Below, piece after piece: positions 63,258-64,000 of a stretch of 64,000 nucleotides of DNA (within the stretch, counting starts at the first letter, position 1; each line of letters starts with the position of its first letter). The notes beneath the pieces are model-generated. The model ran no database searches. It worked only from the letters and a program-made list of their open reading frames with translations, and was not told where the DNA came from. The position numbers were made by a program, and so were the translations under genes. The stretch is from the human T2T-CHM13v2.0 reference genome, Homo sapiens, in assembly GCF_009914755.1 (NCBI RefSeq), contig NC_060941.1; one strand, 5' to 3'.

Positions 63258-64000
63258 CCTCTCTTCCAGCTTTAAATTTTGAAGTTAATTAAGACTTCTG
63301 GCCAGTCTCCCTGCTCCATGCAGGTCTCACTTAAAGTTTAGACTGCCAGGATGCAGGAGGGCAGGAGCATGCCAAACAGAGCAAAGGGCCCGTGCAGGGC
63401 CTGGAGGTGGGGAACTGTAGGGCGGGATGTGTTTGGGGACATGGGAGTAGGAAATAGAAAAGAAGAAAGTGAACTCGGGACAGATCGTCCCATAGCTGGA
63501 GGGGAGAAGAGGAGATGGCAGAGGGGTGGGACACAGTGAGGAGCTGAGAAGAGGCCAAGGGAGCCCAGGGGTTCACCCCAGGGCACGGGCTGGTGCAGGG
63601 GAATGTGCCAAGGCTGAACTCGGCTCCGCCTGACCCCAGAGCTCAAACTCTGAACCACTTACAACCCTGCCCATTCTGATAACCTGGCCAGAAAGGTGAA
63701 GAGGAGTTCATACGGGACCCAGACCGAGGGACCCTGCCTGAGGTTCACAGCCCCCAGGAGGAACAGAAATGGAGGACAAAATTGGGTTTTCCTGGTCCCA
63801 GAAGGGTTGCTCCCCTCCAGGATGCTGAGCAGGGCCCCTGCAATGTGAGGGGCTTGGTCTGAGTGTCACAGGAGCCCAGAGTTCCCACCCGGTCCCCACA
63901 TGGTCCCAAGGGCTGGGGTGAAGGCAGCTCATGGTGGACACTTTACTGTGCCCCTGAAGATCCTGGGGGTGGAAAGAGGTGGAGCCTTACAATGTGAAGC

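Overview
Human (primate) genomic DNA, GC-rich, containing the complete NGFR (p75NTR/TNFRSF16/CD271) gene on the + strand. Six exons were placed by hand: CDS join 14425-14490, 21070-21211, 25313-25672, 29431-29683, 30912-31072, 31728-32029 = 1284 nt, 427 aa, all introns GT-AG. The promoter is a TATA-less CpG island, the 3'UTR is ~2 kb with an ATTAAA signal at 34006, and intron 4 holds the annotated miR-6165 hairpin. About 14 kb upstream and 30 kb downstream are non-coding; 48-63 kb is almost entirely nested repeats (L1M, Tigger1, many Alus, MaLR LTRs). Nearly all other ORFs in the track are GC-rich or repeat shadows. I see no evidence of a wholly new biological system. The best second-look items are: a TSD-flanked, poly(A)-tailed 3'UTR-only retrocopy inside Tigger1; a homeodomain/NKX2 motif cluster in intron 5; upstream SOX-dimer and MEF2-pair enhancer candidates; in-frame CUG starts in the 5'UTR; the splice architecture of exon 3; and an orphan GC-CCAAT-GC promoter module downstream. 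Repeat family names come from my recall of consensus sequences, and repeat boundaries are approximate (about +/-20 bp).
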